A stretch of DNA of 32,000 nucleotides from Tannerellaceae bacterium (GTDB lineage Bacteria; Bacteroidota; Bacteroidia; Bacteroidales; Tannerellaceae). The DNA is taken from the NCBI GenBank assembly GCA_036734445.1, contig DAIMYP010000003.1, forward strand, positions 63,854-95,853, read 5' to 3'. Each line of letters starts with the position of its first letter. Positions within the stretch are counted from its first letter, which is position 1. Under the pieces are notes generated by a model that saw only the letters and a list, made by a program, of their open reading frames with translations, did no database searches and was not told where the DNA came from. Both the position numbers and the translations under genes were made by a program. Below, piece after piece: positions 1 to 8,492 of the stretch.

Positions 1-451
1 TCACGACTTTTGTACTTTCGATCTCAGCCGGAAGGAGTTGTAGAAACGACTGCATACCATAGAAAAGTCCTTGAGGTGTTTTAGCTTTAATTATAACGCC
101 TTTTGTGGATACTACTAAAGTATAGCCTTCATTGTTTACAGAAGCCAGTGTCGGATCGATCATTAAATCGATGTCACCTGAAGAGGCTTTGTTTGTTGTC
201 GTGATGTTGTAGCCGGTTGACAACTTCATCTTGGCAGCAAAGAATTCTGCCACTTTTTTCGATTCAGGAGTAGAGGCCGCAATTGCAGCGCCTCTGCTTA
301 GTTTGAACGTGCCTTCGTTTTGTGTCAAACTTACAGGTTGAGGAATAATATGGATTCCTTTATTATAAGGCATCTCTTTTGTTGTTCCTCCGCTACAAGC
401 TGTCAGTGCACAAAGAACTGCGCCCATACAGATTGAAATCAGTGTTTTCAT
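1..451 (-). CDS. GH20-family beta-N-acetylhexosaminidase lipoprotein, N-terminal ~150 aa only (the gene continues past the left edge)
   Basis: This ORF is truncated and absent from the ORF track. My own minus-strand translation from the ATG at 451-449 gives MKTLISICMGAVLCALTACSGGTTKEMPYNKGIHIIPQPVSLTQNEGTFKL...NNEGYTLVVSTKGVIIKAKTPQGLFYGMQSFLQLLPAEI. It has a lipobox (LTAC). The IIPxP..L....G.F.L and EGY.L.V....I.I.A....G.FYG.Q..LQLLP patterns are typical of the GH20 N-terminal domain. Confidence 0.75.
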   Translation of the reverse strand, partial: MKTLISICMGAVLCALTACSGGTTKEMPYNKGIHIIPQPVSLTQNEGTFKLSRGAAIAASTPESKKVAEFFAAKMKLSTGYNITTTNKASSGDIDLMIDPTLASVNNEGYTLVVSTKGVIIKAKTPQGLFYGMQSFLQLLPAEIESTKVV

Positions 452-463
452 ACGTTTATTGTT

Positions 464-1744
464 TTACCATGCGAAAATTGGATACTCTTTCATAATGCTG
501 TTAACTTTATTGCGAACAGCAGTAATTGTATTATCATTCAGTGGATCAGCTAGAACCGTATCAATCATTTCAACAATCTCACCCATCAATGCTTCTTTTG
601 CGCCACGAGTAGTGATTGCCGGTGTTCCAACTCTGATACCAGAAGTTTGGAAAGCTGAGCGACTGTCAAACGGTACCATATTCTTATTTACTGTGATATC
701 AGCTGCAACCAATGCTTTTTCAGCTACTTTACCTGTCAGTTCCGGGAATTTCTTCCTCAAATCAATCAGCATGCTGTGGTTGTCAGTACCATCGGAGATC
801 ACTTTATATCCTTTGTCCATGAAAGCCTGAGACATAACAGCAGCATTAGTCTTTACCTGCTTTTGATAAACTTTGAATGAAGGATCGAGAGCTTCGCCGA
901 AAGCAACTGCTTTGGCAGCAATAACATGTTCCAGCGGTCCGCCCTGGATGCCTGGAAAAACAGCAGAGTCAAGTAACTGAGACATTTTTTTGATTTCACC
1001 CTTTGGTGTGCGTTTGCCCCACGGATTCTCAAAATCTTTTCCTAACAGAATAATGCCACCACGTGGTCCGCGCAATGTTTTATGTGTTGTTGAGGTAACA
1101 ATATGAGCATATTCCAACGGGTTATTCAGTAATCCCGCTGCAATTAATCCTGCTGGGTGAGCCATATCAATCATCAGTAGTGCACCGACTTTATCGGCAA
1201 TTTCTCGCATACGTTTGTAATCCCATTCGCGTGAATAGGCAGAACCGCCCCCGATAATCAGTTTTGGCTTTTCTTTCAACGCCATTTCTTCCATGTGGTC
1301 GTAATCAACGCGACCTGTTGCTTCATTCAGATTGTATCCGACAGCTCTATATAAGATACCAGAACTGTTAACGGATGATCCGTGAGATAGGTGTCCGCCA
1401 TGAGCCAAGTTAAGTCCTAGCAATGTATCGCCTGGATTAAGAACAGCTAGAAGAACAGCCGCATTAGCTTGTGCTCCTGAGTGAGGCTGAACATTTGTCC
1501 ATTCGGCATGAAAAATTTCTTTCAACCGTTCAATGGCGATGGTTTCACTCTGATCAACAACTTCGCAACCTCCGTAATAACGTTTTCCGGGATATCCCTC
1601 GGCGTATTTGTTGGTCATACAACTTCCCATGGCTTGCATTACCTGGTCGCTTACAAAGTTCTCTGAAGCAATCAACTCCATACCCTTGAGTTGGCGCTGA
1701 TGTTCTTTCTCAATGATGTCGAAAATGATATTGTCTCTTTTCAT
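464..1744 (-). CDS. glyA: serine hydroxymethyltransferase
   Basis: 426-aa ORF of full SHMT length. Hallmark motifs are [22 protein letters not shown], and the PLP-lysine region [15 protein letters not shown]. Confidence 0.97.
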   Translation of the reverse strand: MKRDNIIFDIIEKEHQRQLKGMELIASENFVSDQVMQAMGSCMTNKYAEGYPGKRYYGGCEVVDQSETIAIERLKEIFHAEWTNVQPHSGAQANAAVLLAVLNPGDTLLGLNLAHGGHLSHGSSVNSSGILYRAVGYNLNEATGRVDYDHMEEMALKEKPKLIIGGGSAYSREWDYKRMREIADKVGALLMIDMAHPAGLIAAGLLNNPLEYAHIVTSTTHKTLRGPRGGIILLGKDFENPWGKRTPKGEIKKMSQLLDSAVFPGIQGGPLEHVIAAKAVAFGEALDPSFKVYQKQVKTNAAVMSQAFMDKGYKVISDGTDNHSMLIDLRKKFPELTGKVAEKALVAADITVNKNMVPFDSRSAFQTSGIRVGTPAITTRGAKEALMGEIVEMIDTVLADPLNDNTITAVRNKVNSIMKEYPIFAW

Positions 1745-1806
1745 TACATGTGTAAATTTGGTTATACCAATGATTCCTCAATATTCACTATTGTAGAGGA
1801 TTGTTG

Positions 1807-1814
1807 CAAATGTA
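1807..1814 (-). promoter_or_regulatory. candidate Bacteroides-type -7 promoter box for glyA
   Basis: Plus-strand CAAATGTA reads TACATTTG on the minus strand and fits the published Bacteroides consensus TAnnTTTG. It lies about 60 nt upstream of the glyA ATG at 1744. Confidence 0.35.
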
Positions 1815-1870
1815 CGATAAATATTTGTATGTAGAAATAAAACTCTTCTGAAATGTATTGTGTTAATGAT

Positions 1871-2926
1871 TTATTCTATTTTTATGACAGTTTGTTCGTG
1901 ACTGCTTTTAATTGCTGCTTCAATAAGTTGAATGACGGGTAGTACATCTTTTGCATCAGTTATTAGTGCTTCCTTGTAACGTAAATGGGCAAATATGTTT
2001 GCATAAAATTCAGCATAATTGCCTGCTACACTTGGATATTTACCACTGAACGATGAGCCTCCTTTTTCGGTGCGAAGTAATCCCCATATACTTTCATTTT
2101 CTTCGCCCCAATGCGGTGAATTAGGCTTTTTCCCTGCATTAAGATCAGCTTCCTGACAATCGAAGCCGTATTTTATATATGAACCTTCTGTTCCGTGGAG
2201 TATGAAACGCGGCTCAGGTTCACACATCAAATAGCTTGATTTAAGTGTTACTTTTAGGCTTGGAACTTTTGAAGGATGAATAAAATGAATTAAGAAATAG
2301 TCGTCCACTATTCCATTTGTACGCATAGTATCAATGTCCGCATATAGTGCTTCAGGCACTCCAAAAAGTTGGACAGCCTGATCAATTACATGTGAACCTA
2401 GGTTATAAATCAATCCACCGCCCTGTTCTCCTGTTTCTTTCCAAGTATTCTGTTTAATATAATTGCGATATCGTGGGAAAGTAGATTCGAATTCTACCAA
2501 TCTTCCCAATAGTTCGTAATCAATAATTTCTTTTATAGTCAAGAAATCTGAATCCCATCGCCTATTTTGAAAGACACTTAACATTAATCCTTTTTGTTTT
2601 GCTAGAGTAATTAGTTCTTTGCCTTCTTCAGTAGTTGTGCAGAATGGTTTTTCAATAATCACATTCTTTCCGGCTTTGAGTGCTTGTCGTGCAAATGGAT
2701 AATGTGTGCTGTCTGGTGTATTGATGACAACAATTTCAACATCTGAAGCCAGCAATTCCTCAAGGCTTCTCATTATATGTACTTGAGGATAACGAACTTT
2801 CGAAAGATCTTTGCTGCGTTCAACAATCGCAGTCAGTTCAAAATTCATATTTGTACTGATAAATGGTGCGTGAAATATCTGTCCTGACATACCAAATGCT
2901 GCTAGTCCTATCTTTATTTTTTTCAT
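1871..2926 (-). CDS. Gfo/Idh/MocA-family NAD(P)-dependent oxidoreductase
   Basis: 351-aa ORF. It has an N-terminal Rossmann segment (KIGLAAFGMSGQIFHAPFI) and the family EKP motif (NVIIEKPFCTT). The C-terminal alpha/beta domain length is typical of the family. Confidence 0.85.
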   Translation of the reverse strand: MKKIKIGLAAFGMSGQIFHAPFISTNMNFELTAIVERSKDLSKVRYPQVHIMRSLEELLASDVEIVVINTPDSTHYPFARQALKAGKNVIIEKPFCTTTEEGKELITLAKQKGLMLSVFQNRRWDSDFLTIKEIIDYELLGRLVEFESTFPRYRNYIKQNTWKETGEQGGGLIYNLGSHVIDQAVQLFGVPEALYADIDTMRTNGIVDDYFLIHFIHPSKVPSLKVTLKSSYLMCEPEPRFILHGTEGSYIKYGFDCQEADLNAGKKPNSPHWGEENESIWGLLRTEKGGSSFSGKYPSVAGNYAEFYANIFAHLRYKEALITDAKDVLPVIQLIEAAIKSSHEQTVIKIE

Positions 2927-3152
2927 AAATTTTATATTACCATTAATGGATTCATTGTTCCTTCCGTTGCAATATTATTCATAATTTGTGAGATGAGCAA
3001 TATCTCTTTATGAAAAGTGGAACTTTATTTTTTAAGTATAAAATGTATGTATTTTTTTGGGAAATAAATTGTTAAAAGGAATGTGAGATGGAACAATGTA
3101 CGATGACATGCTAAAAGTAAAAGTAAGATATGAGTTATATGCATAAAATGAT

Positions 3153-3160
3153 TATATTTG
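3153..3160 (+). promoter_or_regulatory. candidate -7 promoter box for the 3231-4757 gene
   Basis: TATATTTG matches TAnnTTTG. It lies about 70-75 nt upstream of the start codon in a very AT-rich 300-bp intergenic region. Confidence 0.3.
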
Positions 3161-3230
3161 CCAATATCCAATAAATATATCTTTTCTCTTTTAAGTAGAT
3201 TGCATTATAAAATATGGAGTTAAGGAGGAA

Positions 3231-4757
3231 ATGTTGATGAAAAAAGTTTTAGGTTTGGTCATGATTGTTTTGATATGTCACAGTATGGAAGGATGGGCAC
3301 AAGATTTGCGAGATATTGTTTCTGACGATGATCTTTCGTTCTTGAAGATGATGACTGTTACGGTTATAGATAGTTCATGCGTGCATACAGGACAGAGCGT
3401 AAGTATTTTGTCCGGTCAGAACAAAACCGGTGGAACATTAATACTTCCCGGAGCTAGAGGCTGTTATCCGGCATTTTGGATTCGCGATTATGCCATGGCA
3501 CTCGATTGTGGTATTATTGCTCAAAAAGCACAACAGCACATGTTGAATGTGACGGCAAAGACGCAGTGTACTCAGACTTGGATTACAAAAAATGGGTGTT
3601 TGATCCCGTTTGGTTCGGTGGCAGACCATGTAAGGATAAATGATGGGTTGCCTGTCTATTTTCCTGGCACATATAGTTATGAGGAGCAAGGAGATGGAAG
3701 ATGGGGAATGACTCCACCATACACTGATCAGTTCCTTTTTATCCACATGGCTTACTGTTATACGAGAATGTTTGAAATGAGCAAAGTTCTTAGGAAGTCT
3801 ATCGGAGGCTATGAATTGATGAATCGACTCGAATGGTCTTTCAATGTGCCGCCATCGCATAAGGATAATCAGATTGTTTATACTACAAGTGATTTTAGAG
3901 GCGTCGATTTTGGATTTCGCGATGCGATTGTCATTGAAGGTGATTTGGCAATTTCTTCAGTCTACAAATATCGTGCTGCAAAGGAAATGGCTGAGTTATT
4001 TGGTCTTTTGGGAAATAAGGTGAAGATGAAATATTACAATAATGTTGCTGCAGCGTTGAAAAAAAATATCCCAGTTGTATTCTGTAACAAAAGAGGACTT
4101 TTGATGGCGGGAACAAAATTAGGACGGCAGGGCGATGTTTGGAGTACAGCTTTGGCTGTATATTTTGGAATTCTTGAGAATGAAGATAAAGAAAAAGCCT
4201 GTCGTGCGTTGGCTGAAGGTTATAAACATAAAATGTTGTCCTATAAAGGGAACATTCGCCATGTAATGTGTGATGAAGACTTCAGTGAATTGTCGATGTG
4301 GGAAGTCGGTAAACAAAATAATTTACCCAAAAAGGGAACATACCAGAATGGTGCCTATTGGGGGACAGCTACAGGATGGGTTTGTTATGCTATAGCTCAA
4401 GTCGATATGGCTGCGGCACAACAGTTGGCAAAAGAATATATCACAGATCTGCGAGAAAATGATTTTCGTCAAGGAGGAAATTGCGGTGCACCTTATGAAT
4501 GTTTCAATGTGGATTATGCTCAAAATCCTATTTATATGACAACTGTTGCATCACCACTAGATGCTTTTCTTGTGATGAAAGGTCAGTCTTGGTGGCAAAA
4601 GAAAAGCAACGAATTGACAGGCCTTACGACCTTTGGTGGAGGCGGAAGCGAATCTTCATATTTTGACACGATTGATAGCGCTATTACTGAAGAATCTCTC
4701 AATCCATTGAAAACGCGAGTTGAAGAAATGAACCATACTCCCGACGTAGAACATTGA
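3231..4757 (+). CDS. secreted protein of unknown family, probably an (alpha/alpha)6 six-hairpin glycosidase-like fold
   Basis: 508-aa ORF with a signal peptide (MKKVLGLVMIVLICHSMEGWAQ). Motifs are YPAFWIRDYAMAL, DVWSTALAVYFGIL and YQNGAYWGTATGWVCYAIAQ. Helix-rich segments such as AKEMAELFGLLGNKVKMKYYNNVAAALKKNI follow the same pattern as the GH63-like protein at 17319-19337. The start may be ATG 3237, because AAGGAGG sits at 3222-3228. The gene call is solid but the fold and function call is tentative. Confidence 0.45.
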   Translation: MLMKKVLGLVMIVLICHSMEGWAQDLRDIVSDDDLSFLKMMTVTVIDSSCVHTGQSVSILSGQNKTGGTLILPGARGCYPAFWIRDYAMALDCGIIAQKAQQHMLNVTAKTQCTQTWITKNGCLIPFGSVADHVRINDGLPVYFPGTYSYEEQGDGRWGMTPPYTDQFLFIHMAYCYTRMFEMSKVLRKSIGGYELMNRLEWSFNVPPSHKDNQIVYTTSDFRGVDFGFRDAIVIEGDLAISSVYKYRAAKEMAELFGLLGNKVKMKYYNNVAAALKKNIPVVFCNKRGLLMAGTKLGRQGDVWSTALAVYFGILENEDKEKACRALAEGYKHKMLSYKGNIRHVMCDEDFSELSMWEVGKQNNLPKKGTYQNGAYWGTATGWVCYAIAQVDMAAAQQLAKEYITDLRENDFRQGGNCGAPYECFNVDYAQNPIYMTTVASPLDAFLVMKGQSWWQKKSNELTGLTTFGGGGSESSYFDTIDSAITEESLNPLKTRVEEMNHTPDVEH

Positions 4758-5360
4758 GAACAATGTACCGACTCCAATAAGTTTCCAGTCCCAATGACCG
4801 AAGAAAATGAAGCAGCAGACAATGCCGATGAAAACGAGCGTGGTGTCGCTGCCAATCTTGACTTTTCCAAATTCAATGTTGAAGGTTTTCGAAACAGCTT
4901 GGAAGAATCCTTCGTAAGCCATCAGCAAGACTTTGCAATGGACTTCTAGGGTGATGCCGTAAGCCATAATTGCCCCTCCGGCGCAAAGCTGAAGGAAGCG
5001 GATAAGATAGCCTGATAGTGTACTGTCGAACTGGAAAGGTATAGTCATCCACATCGTTAGATCGGTATAGAATCCAAAAAACAGACTGATTACGATCTGT
5101 AACAGCTGGATTTTTTCATAGTTTTTTCTTAACAATAGAATCTGAGTCAGTATAAGCATCATTTGTATGCAAATGATGTATTCGCCCATCGTTAACGGCG
5201 AACCAGGAACCAGACTTAGTATGTATGGCGGGCAAGAAATGGGCGACGATCCTAGATTGGCACGGATGGAAAGCGATGTGCCGAGGGCAATAAGAAAGAG
5301 AGAGATAAAGAAAACTGTGTATCTGCGCAGTAATTCATTTTTGTTTTTGTTTTGTTTCAT
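4656..5360 (-). CDS. YczE/YyaS/YitT-type polytopic membrane protein
   Basis: 234-aa ORF with about six hydrophobic helices. The N-terminal ALGTSLSIRANLGSSPIS motif (G..L...A.LG.SP) is typical of this family. It is divergent from a LysR regulator. Confidence 0.6.
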   Translation of the reverse strand: MKQNKNKNELLRRYTVFFISLFLIALGTSLSIRANLGSSPISCPPYILSLVPGSPLTMGEYIICIQMMLILTQILLLRKNYEKIQLLQIVISLFFGFYTDLTMWMTIPFQFDSTLSGYLIRFLQLCAGGAIMAYGITLEVHCKVLLMAYEGFFQAVSKTFNIEFGKVKIGSDTTLVFIGIVCCFIFFGHWDWKLIGVGTLFSMFYVGSMVHFFNSRFQWIERFFSNSAINRVKI

Positions 5361-5427
5361 CGTATGAATTAATATGCTTTATTGTTATTTTTCGGAGGCG
5401 AAAGTAAGAAAAAGGATTTTTTGCACT

Positions 5428-5435
5428 TATATTTG
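5428..5435 (+). promoter_or_regulatory. candidate -7 promoter box for the LysR gene
   Basis: TATATTTG matches TAnnTTTG and lies 39 nt upstream of ATG 5475. Confidence 0.35.
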
Positions 5436-5474
5436 CTCTATGAATTGTTTTTATTGTTTTAATTGATTTTGCTA

Positions 5475-6365
5475 ATGGAACTTACTCAATTGAAGTATTT
5501 TGTGAAGCTTGCTGAAGAGTTGAGTTTCACTGAAGCGGCGAAGAAGCTGTTCATCACGCAGAGTGCACTCTCGCTCAGTATCAAGAAGTTGGAAGAAGAA
5601 TGTACTACGCCGCTTTTCGACCGCATTGGCAAATATACATACTTGACGGAAGCGGGAACAACTTTTGCAGATTTTGCACAGCGGGCTATCAAAGAAGTTG
5701 AGACGGGAATGAAATGCATACAGGAAAAAAATGGCATTTATACGGGGAAACTGCAGGTAGGAGTAGTGTACAGTCTTCGTGATATTCTGAACGAGTGCGT
5801 CCTGGAGTTTACGCAAAAATATCCCGAAGCAGGACTGAGTATCGTTGAAACTAATTCGGTGAGGGAGCTAGCTGATCTTGTGCTTAAGGGTAAAATAGAT
5901 TTTGCTCTCACTTACAAGTCCAAGATGATGTCGCCACTGCTAGAATGTTCGATGCTTTTCGAGACGCCATTGTGCGTCATTGCACAAAAGGATCATCCTG
6001 TAACAGCAAACATGAGAATATCTCTTAAGCGACTGAAAAAGTATCCATTTGTATTCTTTCCCCAAGGAATCCATACGCGGATGGAAATCGAGCAAATGTT
6101 TATCAAAAAGAATCTACCTGTACTGACACCGCGTATCGAAGTGAACGATGCGAGTCTGATTTTGCAACTTGTTAGTTCAGGTCGCTGGTTGACAATTCTC
6201 TCGGAAGGCGTTGTTGAAAGCTGGGAAAATTTGAAGGCAATTCCTATAACTGGTGCTGCGGAGAAACTTAAAGGTTGTTTGATCCGTCCTAAAGAAAAGT
6301 TTATGCCCATACTCGAACACGAATTCTATCGCATTGTGAAGGAGCATTGGGGAAAAACTGTATAG
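5475..6365 (+). CDS. LysR-family transcriptional regulator
   Basis: The N-terminus MELTQLKYFVKLAEELSFTEAAKKLFITQSALSLSIKKLEEE is a canonical LysR winged helix-turn-helix. The ~296-aa length fits a LysR substrate-binding domain. I moved the start from the track's TTG 5463 to ATG 5475. Confidence 0.9.
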   Translation: MELTQLKYFVKLAEELSFTEAAKKLFITQSALSLSIKKLEEECTTPLFDRIGKYTYLTEAGTTFADFAQRAIKEVETGMKCIQEKNGIYTGKLQVGVVYSLRDILNECVLEFTQKYPEAGLSIVETNSVRELADLVLKGKIDFALTYKSKMMSPLLECSMLFETPLCVIAQKDHPVTANMRISLKRLKKYPFVFFPQGIHTRMEIEQMFIKKNLPVLTPRIEVNDASLILQLVSSGRWLTILSEGVVESWENLKAIPITGAAEKLKGCLIRPKEKFMPILEHEFYRIVKEHWGKTV

Positions 6366-6412
6366 GGCGGAAGAATACTTTCTCTTTTCTTTGTACTTCA
6401 AGGATTTTTAGG

Positions 6413-6420
6413 TATTTTTG
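6413..6420 (+). promoter_or_regulatory. candidate -7 promoter box for tetR-fabG-rluA
   Basis: TATTTTTG matches TAnnTTTG and lies 25 nt upstream of ATG 6446. Confidence 0.35.
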
Positions 6421-6421
6421 C

Positions 6422-6444
6422 GCACAGTTTTAAACAAAATGTGC
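6422..6444. promoter_or_regulatory. imperfect palindrome, candidate TetR operator
   Basis: GCACAGTTTT-AAAC-AAAATGTGC. The arms are complementary apart from a one-base bulge. It sits between the -7 box and the tetR start codon. Confidence 0.3.
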
Positions 6445-6445
6445 A

Positions 6446-7045
6446 ATGTCGATTATAGTTTCTAAAACACGGGATATGTTGATTGATGTGGCAAGACAGT
6501 TGTTTGCCCGGATTGGTGTCGACGATACTACGATGAATGATATTGCAATGGCTTCAAAGAAGGGGCGTCGTACACTATACACGTATTTCAAAAATAAGAA
6601 TGAAATCTATCAGGCTGTTGTGGAGACTGAATTAAATAGGCTCTATAAGATGTTGCAAGATGTGGCGGTAAAAGATTTGCCTGCTGACGAAAAATTAATC
6701 ACTTTCATATATACTCGCTTGGATGCTATCAAGGCAATTGTATTGCGCAACGGAACGCTTAGGGCAAATTTCTTTCGTGATATCTGGCGTGTCGAGAAGG
6801 TGCGCAAGAACTTTGATATACGTGAAACAGAATTGATTAAAGGCATACTTGAGGCAGGTATTAAGGAACATGTGTTCGAAATGCCAGATGTTGGCATTAC
6901 AGCAGTCGTGTTGCACCATGCGCTTAAAGGACTTGAAGTTCCTTACATACGTGGAAGTATGGGCGATACGACTAATCAACGCCTGAGACGTAAGGATAAT
7001 GTTGTGAATTTGATTTTTAATGGAATAAAAATAAAAAAATTATAA
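6446..7045 (+). CDS. TetR/AcrR-family transcriptional regulator
   Basis: 199-aa ORF. The N-terminal TetR helix-turn-helix is LIDVARQLFARIGVDDTTMNDIAMASKKGRRTLYTYFKNKNEIY. Confidence 0.9.
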   Translation: MSIIVSKTRDMLIDVARQLFARIGVDDTTMNDIAMASKKGRRTLYTYFKNKNEIYQAVVETELNRLYKMLQDVAVKDLPADEKLITFIYTRLDAIKAIVLRNGTLRANFFRDIWRVEKVRKNFDIRETELIKGILEAGIKEHVFEMPDVGITAVVLHHALKGLEVPYIRGSMGDTTNQRLRRKDNVVNLIFNGIKIKKL

Positions 7046-7055
7046 ACATATTGAT

Positions 7056-7802
7056 ATGAAATTATTAGATGGAAAAGTGGCTGTTATCACAGGTGCAGCC
7101 CGTGGAATTGGCAAAGCCATCGCTTTGAAGTTTGCTTCGGAAGGAGCAGATATTGCATTTACAGATTTGGTAATCGATGAGAATGGTTTGGCAACTCAGA
7201 ATGAGATTGAAGCTCTTGGTGTGAAAGCTAAAGGTTATGCATCGAACGCTGCAAATTTTGAAGAAACTCATAATGTGATTGCCGAGATCGTGAAAGATTT
7301 TGGTCGTATTGATATTCTTGTAAATAATGCAGGTATCACAAAAGACGGATTAATGCTTCGTATGACGGAAGCACAGTGGGATGCAGTTATCGCTGTCAAT
7401 TTGAAGTCTGCATTCAACTTCATCCATGCATCTTTGCCTACGATGATGCATCAGAGAAGTGGAAATATTATTAATATGGCATCCGTCGTTGGTGTTCATG
7501 GTAATGCTAGTCAAGCTAATTACGCTTCATCGAAGGCTGGCCTGATTGCTTTAGCTAAATCTATCGCTCAGGAAATGGGTCCGAAGGGTATTCGTGCCAA
7601 TGCAATTGCTCCAGGTTTTATTGAGACGGCAATGACAGCTGCCTTACCGGATAAGATTCGCGAAGAGTGGATTAAGAAGATTCCATTACGCCGTGGAGGT
7701 CAGGTTGAAGATATCGCCAATATCGCTACATTCTTGGCATCAGACATGTCGTCATATGTCTCTGGACAGGTAATCCAGGTCGATGGCGGAATGAATATGT
7801 AA
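7056..7802 (+). CDS. fabG: 3-oxoacyl-[acyl-carrier-protein] reductase (SDR family)
   Basis: 248 aa. Motifs are TGAARGIGKAIA, NNAGITKDGLMLRMTEAQWDAVIAVNLKS, the catalytic YASSKAG, and the C-terminal GQVIQVDGGMNM. These match FabG closely. Confidence 0.88.
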   Translation: MKLLDGKVAVITGAARGIGKAIALKFASEGADIAFTDLVIDENGLATQNEIEALGVKAKGYASNAANFEETHNVIAEIVKDFGRIDILVNNAGITKDGLMLRMTEAQWDAVIAVNLKSAFNFIHASLPTMMHQRSGNIINMASVVGVHGNASQANYASSKAGLIALAKSIAQEMGPKGIRANAIAPGFIETAMTAALPDKIREEWIKKIPLRRGGQVEDIANIATFLASDMSSYVSGQVIQVDGGMNM

Positions 7803-7811
7803 TATTGTTTT

Positions 7812-8492
7812 ATGGAAGTTATTTACGAAGATAATCATATCATTGCAGTTGATAAGACATGTAGTGAGATTGTTCAAGGAGATAAGACCGGTGATGCTCC
7901 TCTTTCTGACATGCTTAAGGTATGGCTGAAAGAGAAGTATGCCAAACCGGGAAATGTATTTGTCGGTGTTACACATCGCTTGGATCGTCCCGTGAGCGGT
8001 GTTGTCATTTTTGCAAAGACTAGCAAGGCTCTAACCCGCATGAATGACATGTTTCGTGATGGCGAAGTAAAGAAAATCTATTGGGCAATTGTGAAAAACG
8101 AGCCACCAACACATGAGGGTGAACTTGTGAACTGGCTTGTACGCAATGAAAAACAGAATAAAAGCTATGCGTACGATAGCGAACGACCGGATGCTAAAAA
8201 AGCAGTTCTCGATTATAAGGTGATTGCTCGCTCAGATCATTATTTTCTGCTTGAGATTGAGTTGAAGACAGGGCGACATCATCAGATTCGTTGTCAATTG
8301 GCAAAGATCGGCTGTCCAATCAAAGGCGACTTGAAATATGGTTTCGCGCGTTCGAATCCCGATGGTGGAATTAGTCTACATGCGCGAAGTGCCGAATTTA
8401 TACATCCTGTTTCAAAACAAAATGTTAAGATTGTGGCACCTGTTCCCGATGAAAATTTGTGGAAAGCGCTTACTTCTTCATTGACTGAATAA
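7812..8492 (+). CDS. RluA-family pseudouridine synthase (no S4 domain)
   Basis: 226 aa. It has the catalytic HRLDRPVSG motif and the KTGRHHQIRCQL motif, and begins IYEDNHIIAVDK, which is typical of the family. It starts 9 nt after fabG. Confidence 0.85.
   Translation: MEVIYEDNHIIAVDKTCSEIVQGDKTGDAPLSDMLKVWLKEKYAKPGNVFVGVTHRLDRPVSGVVIFAKTSKALTRMNDMFRDGEVKKIYWAIVKNEPPTHEGELVNWLVRNEKQNKSYAYDSERPDAKKAVLDYKVIARSDHYFLLEIELKTGRHHQIRCQLAKIGCPIKGDLKYGFARSNPDGGISLHARSAEFIHPVSKQNVKIVAPVPDENLWKALTSSLTE

Noticed and set aside
452-463. A gap of only 12 nt between glyA and the downstream GH20 lipoprotein gene, a housekeeping gene apparently co-transcribed with a glycosidase
   Set aside because: The pairing is odd, but the GH20 gene is truncated by the window edge. 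Tight spacing of unrelated genes is frequent in Bacteroidales, so there is not enough here to build a claim.
459-830. 123-aa plus-strand ORF inside the glyA region
   Set aside because: It lies entirely antisense to a full-length, motif-perfect SHMT gene. The sequence is low-complexity with no recognisable domain, so it is a shadow ORF.
3010-3075. 21-codon ORF (MKSGTLFFKYKMYVFFWEINC) in the 300-bp intergenic region
   Set aside because: It is tiny, lies in extremely AT-rich sequence where such ORFs arise by chance, and has no supporting signals.
2953-3098. Inverted repeat CATTGTTCC / GGAACAATG (about 13 of 15 positions when extended) flanking about 128 bp of the AT-rich region between the oxidoreductase and the glycosidase-like gene, considered as a possible invertible promoter; the 10-bp palindrome CCATTAATGG at 2940-2949 lies nearby
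   Set aside because: A 9-bp inverted repeat within 300 bp of about 20-25% GC DNA is expected fairly often by chance. There is no adjacent recombinase, no resemblance to the Bacteroides invertase sites I know, and the candidate -7 box (3153-3160) lies outside the segment.
8470-8492. 23-nt tail-to-tail overlap of the rluA-family gene and topB
   Set aside because: Short 3' overlaps of convergent genes are common. Both proteins end in plausible native C-termini.
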